Shown here in pieces: positions 18,634 through 28,968 of a stretch of DNA of 64,000 nucleotides. The DNA comes from an uncultured delta proteobacterium (GTDB taxonomy: Bacteria; Myxococcota_A; UBA9160; SMWR01). Position 1 is the stretch's first letter. Each line of letters opens with the position of its first letter. The position numbers were made by a program, and so were the translations under genes. The notes beneath the pieces were generated by a model. That model was not told the origin of the DNA, ran no database searches, and saw only the letters and a program-made list of their open reading frames with translations. The DNA lies in assembly GCA_963832165.1 (NCBI GenBank), contig CAWHTE010000007.1, forward strand, positions 64,001 through 128,000. Direction: 5' to 3'.

Positions 18634-19479
18634 GTGACCATGTGCGCTCGCGATATCGCGTTCCGGACTGCGATCGTCTCCGCTCTGTTCGTGCTCGTGA
18701 TGGCTCCGGCCGCCACCGGTCTGCTCAAGCGCTGGTGGAACTGGTCGCTCGGCGGAGTGAAGACGAAGCTGATCGAGGTCCCGCTCGCGGCGCCGATCGG
18801 CATAACACCCTGCCCCGGCGTCAGGCCCGGCGCGATCGTCAACAGCGACACCGGCCAGTGCACGTTCAACGCCGCGTTCGCGGACAGCGAGGGCGGGCTC
18901 TACATGGGTACGGCCGGCCACTGCATCCTCGGCGAGTCGCCGATCGGCGGCGACGTCGGTGAGTTCTCCTGGGCTTCCGGCGCCGGCCCCGTGGCGCGCG
19001 ACAGCGCCGGCGCGCCGATCGGGCGCTTCGTCTATGCGATCCTGCAGGACCCGAAGGACTTCGCGGTGATCGAGCTCGACAGCGGCGTACCGATGAGCGC
19101 ACAGATGTGTCACTTCGGCGGACCGACCGGGATCAACAGTGATCAGCCGGCCGGCCCGGTGGTCCTGCAGCACTACGGCAACGGCCTCGTGATCGGCTCG
19201 GTGCTGCCCGCGCGCACGGGCGTGGCGCTCGGCATGCCCGATCCCGATCACGTCTTCGCCGAGCTCGCAGCGCTGCCGGGGGATTCGGGCAGCCTCGTGA
19301 TCAGCGACGACGGCCGCGCGGTCGGCGTGCTCGTGACCGTGGGCGTGCACGTCGGCGCGATCGGCGTCCCGACCGTGGATGCGGGCATCGTCGGCATCAC
19401 GCGCTTCGCGCCGCAGATCGCACGCGCCGAGGAGATCCTCGGCATCGATCTCACGATGCTGACGGCGCCCACGCTCTGA
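18634..19479 (+). CDS. Secreted chymotrypsin-like (S1 clan) serine protease
   Basis: Signal-like N-terminus; catalytic triad motifs TAGHC, DFAVI, GDSGS. Confidence 0.8.
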   Translation: MTMCARDIAFRTAIVSALFVLVMAPAATGLLKRWWNWSLGGVKTKLIEVPLAAPIGITPCPGVRPGAIVNSDTGQCTFNAAFADSEGGLYMGTAGHCILGESPIGGDVGEFSWASGAGPVARDSAGAPIGRFVYAILQDPKDFAVIELDSGVPMSAQMCHFGGPTGINSDQPAGPVVLQHYGNGLVIGSVLPARTGVALGMPDPDHVFAELAALPGDSGSLVISDDGRAVGVLVTVGVHVGAIGVPTVDAGIVGITRFAPQIARAEEILGIDLTMLTAPTL

Positions 19480-20362
19480 TCAGCGCGTGGCGCGGATCAG
19501 CCCCTCCTGCACCACCGACGCGAAGCGGACGCCATCGCGCGTGTAGAGCCCGCCCGAAGATCAGGCTGCGCGCTGCATGCCCAACAGGACTCTCGGAGGC
19601 GTAGAGCATCCAGCTCTCGTCGAGCATGAACGAGCCGCGCGCGATCGGGCGGTGGATCCATACCGCGTGGTCGAGGCTCGCCGACATGCGCTTGCTCCAC
19701 GGCAGGCCATGCGCACGCGCGGCGGTCATGAGCAGTGCGCGGTCGGTGAGATAGACCAGCACGGCCACGTGTACGACGGGATCGTCCGGCAGCGGCCCCT
19801 TCACGCGGACCCAGTTGCGCTGGCGCGGCTCGTAGGTCCGTGTAGGGTTCTCGAAGTCGTAGCCGTCGCACAGGCGCAGCTCGACCGCGCTGCTGTGGAT
19901 TGCATCGCGCCGACCCAGCGCACGCGCGCGCTGCGCTTCCCAATCCTCGAGAGTGTCGGGCGGCGGCGCTTCGGGCATCTCGTCCTGGTACGAGATGCCG
20001 GACTCGGGGTGCGCGAAGCTCGCGGCGAGATCGAAGATCGCCTCGCCGCCCTGGTGCGCCACCACGTTGCGCGTGGTGAACGTCTTGCCGTCGCGGATCC
20101 GGTCGACCACGAAGCGGATCGGGAGATCGTGACGGCCCGGGCGCAGGAAGTAGGCGTGCAGCGAGTGGAGCGGCCGGTCGTCAGTGACGGTGCGGTACGC
20201 GGCCACCACGGACTGCGCCGCCACCATGCCGCCGAACAGCCGGCCCTCGCCCGGGCCCGGATCGCCCAGGTAGAGATCGCGGTCGAGCGCTTCGAGCTCG
20301 AGGCAGGCGAGCAGCATCGAGAGTGAGGGAGTCTCCGGCGGTCCGGGGGCGCGCTCGGTCAC
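19480..20362 (-). CDS. tesB: Acyl-CoA thioesterase II (TesB family), frameshift near 19553
   Basis: RLFGGMVAAQ, LHSLHAYFLRPG, VDRIRDGKTFTTR, SLDHAVWIHRP. The C-terminus LYTRDGVRFASVVQEGLIR* is restored by removing one G. Confidence 0.88.
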
Positions 20363-20970
20363 GCGGCGCGCTCGAGTGCGTCGCGCACGAGCGCGAGCCG
20401 ATCGTTGCCGAAGTACATGTCGTCGCGGTCGACGAACATCGTGGGCGATCCGAAGCCCCCGCGCGCGATCAGCTCGTCGGTGTTCGCGCGCAGCTTCTCC
20501 TTGTACTCGGGCAGGGCGATCTTCGCGAAGAACTCGCCGCGGTCGAGGCCCGCGCGCGCCACGACTCCCTCGAGCACGGAATCCTGCGAGATGTCGGCGA
20601 GGTCGCCCCAGTAGGCCTCGAACACCGCGCGCGCGTAGCCGGGCAGCACGCCGTGCTCGAGCGCGACGAATGCGCCGCGCATCGCCTTCACGCTGTTCAC
20701 GGGGAACACCGGCGGCTGGCCGATCGCGAGACCGTAGTGGCGCGCCCAATCGGCGAGATCCTTGCCGTAGTAGCGCGCCTTCGCGGGCACGGGCGCGCGG
20801 CGCGCCTCGTAGACCGACGGGTTCACGCTGTTGAACACGCCGCCGACCAGGAACGGGCGCCACACGAGCTGTGCGCGCGTGTCGCGGGCCACCTCCTCCA
20901 CTTTGTGGAATGCGAGGTAGGTCCAGGGGCTCGAGCAGTCGAAGAAGAATTCTAGTGTTGCCATCCTCAT
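20359..20970 (-). CDS. 2-hydroxychromene-2-carboxylate isomerase / DsbA (GST-kappa) family
   Basis: EFFFDCSSPWTYL, GGFGSPTMFV, YFGNDRL. Confidence 0.9.
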   Translation of the reverse strand: MRMATLEFFFDCSSPWTYLAFHKVEEVARDTRAQLVWRPFLVGGVFNSVNPSVYEARRAPVPAKARYYGKDLADWARHYGLAIGQPPVFPVNSVKAMRGAFVALEHGVLPGYARAVFEAYWGDLADISQDSVLEGVVARAGLDRGEFFAKIALPEYKEKLRANTDELIARGGFGSPTMFVDRDDMYFGNDRLALVRDALERAA

Positions 20971-22175
20971 CGATCTCCGCGCCCGGGTATACCACTCCGC
21001 AGCGCGTCTTCGTAGATCTCGAGATGTTGCTCCGCAACACGCGCCCAGTCGTGGGCGTCAGCGGTTGCATCCACGCCGTGCGGCAGCGGAGCAGCGAGGG
21101 CCTCGAGAAGCCGTGCCGCGAGGTCGTCGGGATCGCCCGCGAGCGCGAGCCAACCGTTGTGGCCGGGCGCGATCAGATCGGGAACACCGCCCGCGTCGGT
21201 CGCAACGAGCCGCGCGCGCGCGGCGAGCGCCTCGAGCAGCACGGGGGGCGCCGCCTCCGCCTGGCCGCGCCGGTCGACGATCGACGGCACGCACACGGCC
21301 CGGCACGCCTGTAGATGGGCCGCGACGCTCGCGCGGTCGACCGGACCTGCGAACCGCACCCACGCCGCGAGCCCGAGCTCGCGCGCGAAAGCGCGCAGCT
21401 CTTCCTCGAGCGGGCCGCCGCCGAGCGCGACGAGACCCAGGCCCGGGTGCCGCTCCCGTACGCGCGGCAGCGCGCGCAGCAGCACGTCGAGCCCCTTCTG
21501 CTCGACGAGCCGCCCCGCATACAGCACGAAGCCATCCGGAAACGGGTCCGAGATGCGCGGCGATTCCGTGCTGCGGAAGTGAATGACGTCGACGCCCCCC
21601 GGCACCCTGCGCGCGTTCGAGGGCTCACCGAGCACGCGGTCGAAGCACTCGCGCGCGCTCTGGGCCGGCGCCAGCACGGCATCGCTGCGCGCGGCGATCC
21701 AACGCGCGAGCGCGCGCGACCCGGGGATGCGCGGCAGGAAGTAGGCGTCGCTGCCGCACAGCGATGTCACGTGTGTAAATCGGCGCTGGCGCCCTCGTAC
21801 CCACGCCGCCGCGAGCCCCTGCGGCAGAACCCCCAGCGAATGCACCACTTCGCAGCCGATCGAGTCGGCGAGCGCAGCGAGCGCGCGCGTCTGCGCGGCG
21901 ACGAAGCCCGGAATCTGGAGCTGCGCGCGCGCCGAGCGGTGGAGCGTCTCGCGCAACCCCGCGCCGTAGGCGAGCCGCTGCTGGGAGCGCGGCACGAAGT
22001 ACGAGAAGCGCCGGATCTCGAGCTCGTCCCAGCGCTCCCGATCGGCCGCACCCGGCTGTGACGGCGCGAGCACCGTCACGCTCGCGTGCCGCTGCAGTGC
22101 GCGGCAGAAGTCGAGCGCCGCGCGCGGCCCCCCGTCTTCGGGGTGAAGCGGGAAGCCGCTCGTGACGATCAGCAC
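20967..22175 (-). CDS. Glycosyltransferase family 4 (GT-B)
   Basis: VLIVTSGFP, YAGRLVEQKGLDVL, LLEALAA, TDAGGVPDLI; start uncertain. Confidence 0.85.
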   Translation of the reverse strand: MLIVTSGFPLHPEDGGPRAALDFCRALQRHASVTVLAPSQPGAADRERWDELEIRRFSYFVPRSQQRLAYGAGLRETLHRSARAQLQIPGFVAAQTRALAALADSIGCEVVHSLGVLPQGLAAAWVRGRQRRFTHVTSLCGSDAYFLPRIPGSRALARWIAARSDAVLAPAQSARECFDRVLGEPSNARRVPGGVDVIHFRSTESPRISDPFPDGFVLYAGRLVEQKGLDVLLRALPRVRERHPGLGLVALGGGPLEEELRAFARELGLAAWVRFAGPVDRASVAAHLQACRAVCVPSIVDRRGQAEAAPPVLLEALAARARLVATDAGGVPDLIAPGHNGWLALAGDPDDLAARLLEALAAPLPHGVDATADAHDWARVAEQHLEIYEDALRSGIPGRGDR

Positions 22176-22219
22176 GCGCAGCGAGAGCGGATCGCGGCTG
22201 GTGCTCGTGGCCCGCTTGC

Positions 22220-22792
22220 CTAGCGTTCGGCCGCGTCGAATGCGGCGTCGAGCGCATCGAGCGCGAGGCGCTCTTCGGGCGACACGCTCGGTGTCGTGTC
22301 GAGGAAGCCACCCGCTGCGTTCGCCACCGACCAGGCGCGGCCCATCAACTTCGTGCGCAGCGCGGAGCGCTCGCGCTCGTTGAGCGAACTCGCGATCGCC
22401 GCGATGAACTCGCACCAGATCTCTCGGATCTCCCGCGCGGGCCGCTCCATCGTCCAGATCTCGAGCAGCCGGTAGCTCGCGCTCTCGGGAGCGATTCCAC
22501 TCGTGGCCGCGCCGCGCAGCACCGCCTCGCGCTCCTTTGCATGCATCACGCCATCGGCCCAGGCGGTCTCGATCAACGGAATCAGCGTGAGCGCAGCAAG
22601 CGTCTCGGGGCGGATCCCGAGCTCGACGAGCCGCGCGAGCAGGTCGGGATCGTCGATCCCCGTGGCGCGGCCCAGCGCACCCGCGGCTGCGGCCTCCTCC
22701 GCGGCGAGCGCGCTGCGGAACGACGCGACGTCCCTCTTGTAGAAGGCCGCTTCGATCGAGCGGGCGAAGCGTTCGAGAGCATCCGCGGGCAT
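22220..22792 (-). CDS. TerB-like conserved hypothetical protein
   Basis: LIPLIETAWADG...EREAVL...VANAAGGFL...VSPEE pattern. Confidence 0.7.
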   Translation of the reverse strand: MPADALERFARSIEAAFYKRDVASFRSALAAEEAAAAGALGRATGIDDPDLLARLVELGIRPETLAALTLIPLIETAWADGVMHAKEREAVLRGAATSGIAPESASYRLLEIWTMERPAREIREIWCEFIAAIASSLNERERSALRTKLMGRAWSVANAAGGFLDTTPSVSPEERLALDALDAAFDAAER

Positions 22793-22869
22793 CGCCGCAG
22801 CATGATAAACCACTTCCCGCTCTGTTCCCGCCGATTGCGAACGGGAGGGCGCCGCACCAGAATCGCGCC

Positions 22870-24829
22870 ATGCAAGTCCGCGCACGCGCTTCGATACCGC
22901 TGCTCATCGCGCTCGCATGGCTCGCGTGCGGACCCGCGGTCCCGATACCGAGCGGCGGGCCGATCGCGGGCTGGCCCGAATACGGTGGTACCGCGGGCGG
23001 AACGCGCCATTCGCCGCTGACCCAGATCACGCCCGAGAACGTCGGCGCGCTCGACGTGGCCTGGACCTATCACACGGGCGACATGGAGGACGGCTCACAT
23101 GGCCTCGGGATGCGCTCGAGCTTCCAGGCCACTCCGATCCTCGTGAACGACACGCTCTACTTCTGCACGCCGTTCAATCGCGTGATCGCGCTCGACGCCG
23201 AGAGCGGCGCAGAGCGCTGGACGTACGATCCGCACGCGTCACGCGAAGGCGTGTACAACATGAATTGCCGTGGCGTGTCGGCGTGGGTCGATTCGCGCGC
23301 GCCCGAGGACGCGAGCTGCCGCACGCGCATCTACACGGGCACGCTCGATGCGCGGCTGATCGCGCTCGACGCGGCCACCGGCACCCCGTGCGCGGATTTC
23401 GGGTCCGCCGGCACCGTGGACCTGCGCGAGGGCATCGGCGACGTCAAACCCGGTGAGTACGGAGTGACCTCGGCGCCGACGGTGATCGGCGATCGCGTGA
23501 TCACGGGCGCGCTCGTGCTCGACAACCGCCGCACCGACTCGCCAGGCGGCGTCGTGCGCGCCTGGGATGCGCGCACGGGTGCGCGCGTGTGGGCGTGGGA
23601 TCCGGTGCCGCCGGGCAGCCCCGCGTTCCCGGGCGAACCCGGCCACGCGTACCGGCGCGGTACGGCCAACGCATGGACTCCGTTCTCGGCCGATCCCGCG
23701 CTCGGCCTCGTCTACGTGCCCACGGGCAACACGTCGCCCGACTACTACGGCGGACAGCGCGACGGCCTCGACTTCTACTCGAGCTCGGTCGTCGCGCTCG
23801 ACGCCGACACGGGTCTCGTGCGCTGGCACTTCCGCACCGTGCACCACGACCTGTGGGACTACGACGCGCCCGCGCAGCCCGTGTTCCTCGATTTCGCGGC
23901 GAACGGCGCCGCGGTTCCCGCGCTGATCCAGGCCACCAAGATGGGCCATCTGTTCTTCCTCGATCGGCGCACCGGCACGCCGCTGTTCCCCGTCGAGGAG
24001 CGCCCGGTTCCGCAGGGCGCCGCACCCGGCGAGACGCTGTCGCCGACCCAGCCCTTCCCGATCGAAGCCTCTGCCGATCCACCCCGCCACGCTCACACCC
24101 GACGATGCGTTCGGCTTCACACCCTGGGACCGCGCCAAGTGCCGCGAGCTCATCGCGGGCGCGCGCTCCGAGGGCATCTTCACGCCGCCCTCGCTCGAGG
24201 GCACGATCCAGTTTCCGGGCATGGTCGGCGGCTCGAACTGGGGCAGCGGCAGCGTCGACCCCGACCGACACCTGTTCGTGATCAACACGGTCCAGCTCGC
24301 CACCTACATCCGCCTCGTGCCGCGCGCGGAGTACGAGAAGCAGTTCCCCGACGGACCGCCCGCGTTCGGCTACGAGCCGCAGGAGGGAACTCCCTACGCA
24401 CTCCAGCGTCACTTCCTGTCCTCTCCGTTCGGCGCACCGTGCAATCCGCCGCCGTGGGGAACGCTCGTGGCTGTCGACGTCGCCACGGGTGAGAAGCGCT
24501 GGGAGATTCCGCTCGGCACCGCGCGCGACCTCGCGCCGTTCCCGATCTGGATGATGGTTCCGAAGGGCGTGCCGAGCATCGGCGGCCCGATCACCACCGC
24601 GAGCGGGCTCACCTTCATCGGCGCGACCACCGATCGCTACCTGCGTGCGTTCCGCACCGAGACCGGAGAGGAGCTCTGGCGCGCGCGACTTCCGACGACG
24701 GCGCACGCGACTCCGATGACCTACCGCCTGCGCGAGGACGGCCGCCAGTACGTCGTCGTGGCCGCGGGTGGACACGGCTTGATTCCGAGCAAGCCCGGCG
24801 ACGCGCTGATCGCGTTCACGCTGCCGTAA
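22870..24829 (+). CDS. PQQ-dependent dehydrogenase (glucose/quinate/shikimate family), frameshift near 24061
   Basis: WPEYGG...SPLTQITPENV, FQATPI, CRGVS, VHHDLWDYD, GGSNWG, PCNPPPWG, HATPMTY, AAGGHG. Joined from ORFs 22870..24492 and 24221..24829. Confidence 0.9.
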
Positions 24830-24919
24830 GGGGGATCCGCCCCAGACCCGTGCAGGTCTGCGTTTCGCCGCATCTTCGCAGCGCCGTGCAAGATTTTCTC
24901 TTCACCGCGCGCGCGACTT

Positions 24920-25420
24920 GTGCTTGGATCATGGGTGATGCAGACGGTCGCACTCTCGAAATGGGCGATCGACAACGAGCCCGATCTCACGCGCGAAGCG
25001 TACGCGCTGATCGAGTGCGGCGGAGCGGAAGACTGCGGCTGCGAGGAGTGTTTCAACTTCGCAACCACGCGCCACCTGGTCTACAGCCCGGAGGTGCTCG
25101 AGTTCCTGGATTGGCTGGGGATCGACCCGCAGCTCGAAGCGTGGGCGCGCCACGAGTCGCGCCTCGCGGCCGGCCGACACCGCTACACGGTGAGCTTCTA
25201 TCTGGTCGGTCGGATCGCGCGCGGCCCCGCGACGACGATCGCGCGCCGCAACGGGCGCACGGTCGAATCGTTCGAGCGCGCCGGCGACGTCGAGGTGGGA
25301 TTCTGCGCCGACACGTCGGATGCACCCGAGGCGTTCCGCGGCCTGCCCTGCGTGCGGCTCGAAGTGCGCGTGGTCGCGCCGTGGATCGCCAACGGGCCCG
25401 AGCCGCTTGGAAACAACTGA
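24920..25420 (+). CDS. Hypothetical protein with a CxCxxC motif
   Basis: 166 aa ORF with coding-like codon usage; AEDCGCEECFNF. Confidence 0.6.
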   Translation: MLGSWVMQTVALSKWAIDNEPDLTREAYALIECGGAEDCGCEECFNFATTRHLVYSPEVLEFLDWLGIDPQLEAWARHESRLAAGRHRYTVSFYLVGRIARGPATTIARRNGRTVESFERAGDVEVGFCADTSDAPEAFRGLPCVRLEVRVVAPWIANGPEPLGNN

Positions 25421-25433
25421 ACCGAACGCGCCA

Positions 25434-25943
25434 TTGGAAGACCCCCAGCTCGAGACCGAGCGCCTCTGGCTGCGCCAGTTTCGCGGCGACGATCTCGACG
25501 CGTACGCGCGCATCACGAGCGATGCCGAGACCATGCGCTACATCGCGCGCGGCGAGCCGATGGACCGCGACGAAGCGTGGCGCTCACTCGCCTACATCGT
25601 CGGCCATTGGCGGATTCGCGGTTATGGGCTCTGGGCCGCCGAGGACAAAGCGAGCGGCGCGCTGATCGGGCGGATCGGGCTCTACCGGCCCGAGGGCTGG
25701 CCCGGCCTCGAGGTGGGGTGGCTCGTCGCGCGCGAGCGCTGGGGCGAGGGGCTCGCCACGGAGGGCGGGCGCGCAGCGCTCGAATACGCGTTCGCGGTGG
25801 TCGGTGCGCGCCGCACGATCAGCGCGATCGCGCCCGAAAACACGGCGTCGATCCGCGTCGCCGAGAAGCTCGGGCTTCGTCATGCCGAGGCGCGTCAGAT
25901 CGCGGGGCGATCGGTTTCGATCTACGCGATCGATCGACCCTGA
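25434..25943 (+). CDS. GNAT N-acetyltransferase (RimJ/RimL family)
   Basis: LETERLWLR, GYGLWA, LEVGW, WGEGLATE, NTASIRVAEKLG. Confidence 0.9.
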   Translation: MEDPQLETERLWLRQFRGDDLDAYARITSDAETMRYIARGEPMDRDEAWRSLAYIVGHWRIRGYGLWAAEDKASGALIGRIGLYRPEGWPGLEVGWLVARERWGEGLATEGGRAALEYAFAVVGARRTISAIAPENTASIRVAEKLGLRHAEARQIAGRSVSIYAIDRP

Positions 25944-25962
25944 TCGCGCGACGCCGGACCCG

Positions 25963-26727
25963 CTACGGAATCGGCGACAAGAACGCGCGATCGCGCTCGA
26001 GCTCGTCCGCGAGCCATTCGCCGAGCCCCGCGCGCAGTGCGAACTCGATCCGGTCGTTGCGCCAGTGCAGACGCTTCGGGTCGAACAGGCTGTCGGGCTG
26101 TTGCGACGCCGCGTAGCCCTCGGCGAGCTCGCGCATCGCGCGTTTGAGCGAGGGCCGCGCCGCCCCGCGCGCCAGCCACGCCGCGAGTGCGGGGTGCTTC
26201 TCGTCGGGCGGATACCCCATGAAGGCCGCCGAGCGCAGGTGGGGTGTGAGGGCGATGTCGACGAGCGAGAATGCGCCGAGGAACCACTCGCGTCCCGCGA
26301 GCTCGCGCTCGAGATAGGTGTAGTGGCGCGTGAGCACTTCTTCGCTGCGCGCGAGCGCATCGGGCACCTGCTGCACGAGCTCGGGCCGCGTGAGCTTGAT
26401 GATCCCGAGCAAGAACACGCACGCGTCGATTTCGGTGTCGGACTTCAGCTCGAGGTAGCGACAGCGAGCGCGCTGCGCGAGGTCGCCTGGGTAGAGCGGC
26501 GGGTCCGGGTAGCGCTCCTCGAGATAGGCGCAGATCACCTTCGAATCGCACAGGACCGCACCGTCGTCGACGAGCGCGGGAACCTCTCCGCGCGGGTTCA
26601 CGCGCAGCAGGAGCTCGCGGTCGGCGTGCGTGCGGATCTCGCGCTTCTCGTGCGCGAGGTCCTTCTCATAGAGCGCCGCGCGCACCTTGAATGCGTAGGG
26701 ACTGAAGGGGTTGTCGTAGAGATCCAC
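25963..26727 (-). CDS. Glutathione S-transferase family protein
   Basis: LYDNPFSPYAFKVR, NPRGEVPAL, DSKVICAYLEE, FSLVDIAL. Confidence 0.9.
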   Translation of the reverse strand: MDLYDNPFSPYAFKVRAALYEKDLAHEKREIRTHADRELLLRVNPRGEVPALVDDGAVLCDSKVICAYLEERYPDPPLYPGDLAQRARCRYLELKSDTEIDACVFLLGIIKLTRPELVQQVPDALARSEEVLTRHYTYLERELAGREWFLGAFSLVDIALTPHLRSAAFMGYPPDEKHPALAAWLARGAARPSLKRAMRELAEGYAASQQPDSLFDPKRLHWRNDRIEFALRAGLGEWLADELERDRAFLSPIP

Positions 26728-26806
26728 TCCACCCTCCGATTCGCGTGCGAGCGTAGCTCCCACTGCTCCTGTGGCATAATCGCGCCCCGTACCCCCGGAG
26801 TCCTCC

Positions 26807-27547
26807 ATGGAGATCCGCGCCGGCACCAGCGGCTACTCCTACAAGGAGTGGAGGGGGAACTTCTACCCGGCGAAGATCGCGCCGGCCGAGATGCTCGCCT
26901 ACTACGCCGCGCGTCTGTCCGCGGTGGAAATCAACAACACCTTCTATCGCATGCCCAGGCGCGAGGTCGTGGAGAGCTGGGCCAATGCCGTGCCCGATAC
27001 GTTCCGCTTCGCGGTAAAGGTGAGCCAGCGCATCACGCACCGGAAACGCCTCGCGGACGTCGAGGAGGAGCTCGACTATCTGCTGGGTCAGCTCGAGCCA
27101 CTGGGTGCGCGGCTCGGTCTGCTGCTCGTGCAGCTGCCTCCGAACCTGCCCGCCGATCTCGCGCGCCTCGAGCGCTTCCTCGATCACCTCGCCGCGCGCG
27201 CGCGAGCCGCGTTCGAGTTCCGCCACGCATCCTGGCTCACCGAGCCCGTGTTCGCCTGTCTGCACGAACGCGGCGCGGCGCTCGTCGCGTCGGAGACGGA
27301 CGAGACTCCCGCCGCTCTCCAACCGACCGCGCGCTTCGGCTATCTGCGCCTGCGGCGCAGCGATTACCACGCCGGTGATCTCGCCGATTGGCTCGCGCGC
27401 GTGCGCGCACTGGCCTGGGAAGAGACGTACGTGTTCTTCAAGCACGAGGCGTCGGGGCCCGCGCTCGCAGCCGAGTTCGCCGGGCTCGCTCGCACGGGTC
27501 GCGCGATTCCCGTGCGCCGCGGCGAGCGCGCGCGCGACGTCGGCTGA
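26807..27547 (+). CDS. DUF72 (YecE-like) family protein
   Basis: GTSGYSYKEW, VEINNTFYRMP, QLPP, AFEFRH, YLRLR, VFFKHE. Confidence 0.92.
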   Translation: MEIRAGTSGYSYKEWRGNFYPAKIAPAEMLAYYAARLSAVEINNTFYRMPRREVVESWANAVPDTFRFAVKVSQRITHRKRLADVEEELDYLLGQLEPLGARLGLLLVQLPPNLPADLARLERFLDHLAARARAAFEFRHASWLTEPVFACLHERGAALVASETDETPAALQPTARFGYLRLRRSDYHAGDLADWLARVRALAWEETYVFFKHEASGPALAAEFAGLARTGRAIPVRRGERARDVG

Positions 27548-27554
27548 TCGCGCG

Positions 27555-28964
27555 ATGCGCCAGCGCCTCGCTGCTCCGCTCGCGATCGCCGCTGTGCTCG
27601 CGCATGGCGCCACCGCCCACGCCGGTGCGCCCGAGTGGCCGTCGCTCGAAGACGAGGCGGTGCGCCTGCTCACGCGCTATGTGCGGCTCGACACGACCAA
27701 TCCGCCCGGCAACGAGCGCAGCGCGGCCGAGTTCTTCCAGAAGCTGTTCGAGCGCGACCGGATCCCCTCGCAGATCTACGAGTCGGCTCCGGGCCGCGCG
27801 AACATCGTCGCGCGTCTCTCCGGCGACGGCTCGAAGCCCGCGGTCGTGCTGATGCACCACATGGACGTCGTGCCCGCGGAGGCACGGTTCTGGAAGGTCG
27901 CCCCGTTCTCGGGCGAGATCCGAGACGGCGCGGTGTGGGGACGCGGCGCGATCGACGACAAGGGGATGGGAATCGCGAGTGCGGTCGCGGTGCTCGCGCT
28001 CGCGCGCGGGCACACCTCGCTCGCGGGCGACGTGGTCTTCCTGGGCGTCGCGGACGAAGAGGCAGGCGGCGCGTTCGGCGCGGGCTTCATGGCGAAGAAG
28101 CATCTCGATCTGTTCGCGAACGTCGGGGTGATCCTGAACGAGGGGGGATACATCGCGGTCGATCGCGCGGGTGCTGTGAGTTACTACGCGGTGGAGACCG
28201 CGCAGAAGGCTCCGCTCTGGCTGCGCCTCACCGCGACGGGTCCCCCGGGCCACGGCTCGATGCCGCGCGCCGATTCCGCACCGGGCCGGATCGTCGCCGC
28301 GCTCGCGCGCATCGAAGCCTGGTCAACACCACTGCACGTGGGCCCCGAGGTGCAACGCTTCTACGCCGACACGGCTCATCTCGAGAGCGGTGCGCGGCGC
28401 GAGCGCCTGCGCGATCTGCGCGGCGCTCTCGAAGATCCGAAGTTCGCGGCCGAGTTTACGGCCAATCCACGCCAGAACGCGCAAGTGCGCAATACGATCT
28501 CGCTGACAGTGCTCTCGAGCGGAAGCAAGACCAACGTGATCCCGCCCGAGGCCACCGCCGAGCTCGATGTGCGGCTGCTGCCCGATCAGGATCCGAAAGC
28601 CTTCGTGGACGAGCTCAAACAGGTGATCGCCGACGACAAGGTCCGGATCGATACGCTGCTCTCGTTCGCACCCGCCTCGTCTCCGCAGGAGCACGAGCTG
28701 TTCGAGGTGCTGCGCGGGATCGCGGCGCGCCGCCATCCGGGTGCGACGGTTTCCAGCCCGCTCGCGATCGGATTCACCGATTGCCACCACTTCCGCGAGC
28801 GCGGCATCCCCTGTTATGGCTTCGTCCCCTTCGAGCTGGGCGACCGCGACTCCTCGCTCGTGCACGGCAACGACGAGCACCTCTCGATTGCGAACCTCAA
28901 ATCGGGCACACGCCTGTTCTACGAGCTGGTTTCGCACCTCGCGGGCGCGCGCGCAGAGCCGTGA
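27555..28964 (+). CDS. M20/M25/M40 family metallo-hydrolase (secreted)
   Basis: Signal peptide; TTNPPGNE, HMDVVPA, WGRGAIDDKG, DEEAGG, NEGG, HGNDE. Confidence 0.9.
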   Translation: MRQRLAAPLAIAAVLAHGATAHAGAPEWPSLEDEAVRLLTRYVRLDTTNPPGNERSAAEFFQKLFERDRIPSQIYESAPGRANIVARLSGDGSKPAVVLMHHMDVVPAEARFWKVAPFSGEIRDGAVWGRGAIDDKGMGIASAVAVLALARGHTSLAGDVVFLGVADEEAGGAFGAGFMAKKHLDLFANVGVILNEGGYIAVDRAGAVSYYAVETAQKAPLWLRLTATGPPGHGSMPRADSAPGRIVAALARIEAWSTPLHVGPEVQRFYADTAHLESGARRERLRDLRGALEDPKFAAEFTANPRQNAQVRNTISLTVLSSGSKTNVIPPEATAELDVRLLPDQDPKAFVDELKQVIADDKVRIDTLLSFAPASSPQEHELFEVLRGIAARRHPGATVSSPLAIGFTDCHHFRERGIPCYGFVPFELGDRDSSLVHGNDEHLSIANLKSGTRLFYELVSHLAGARAEP

Positions 28965-28968
28965 GTTC

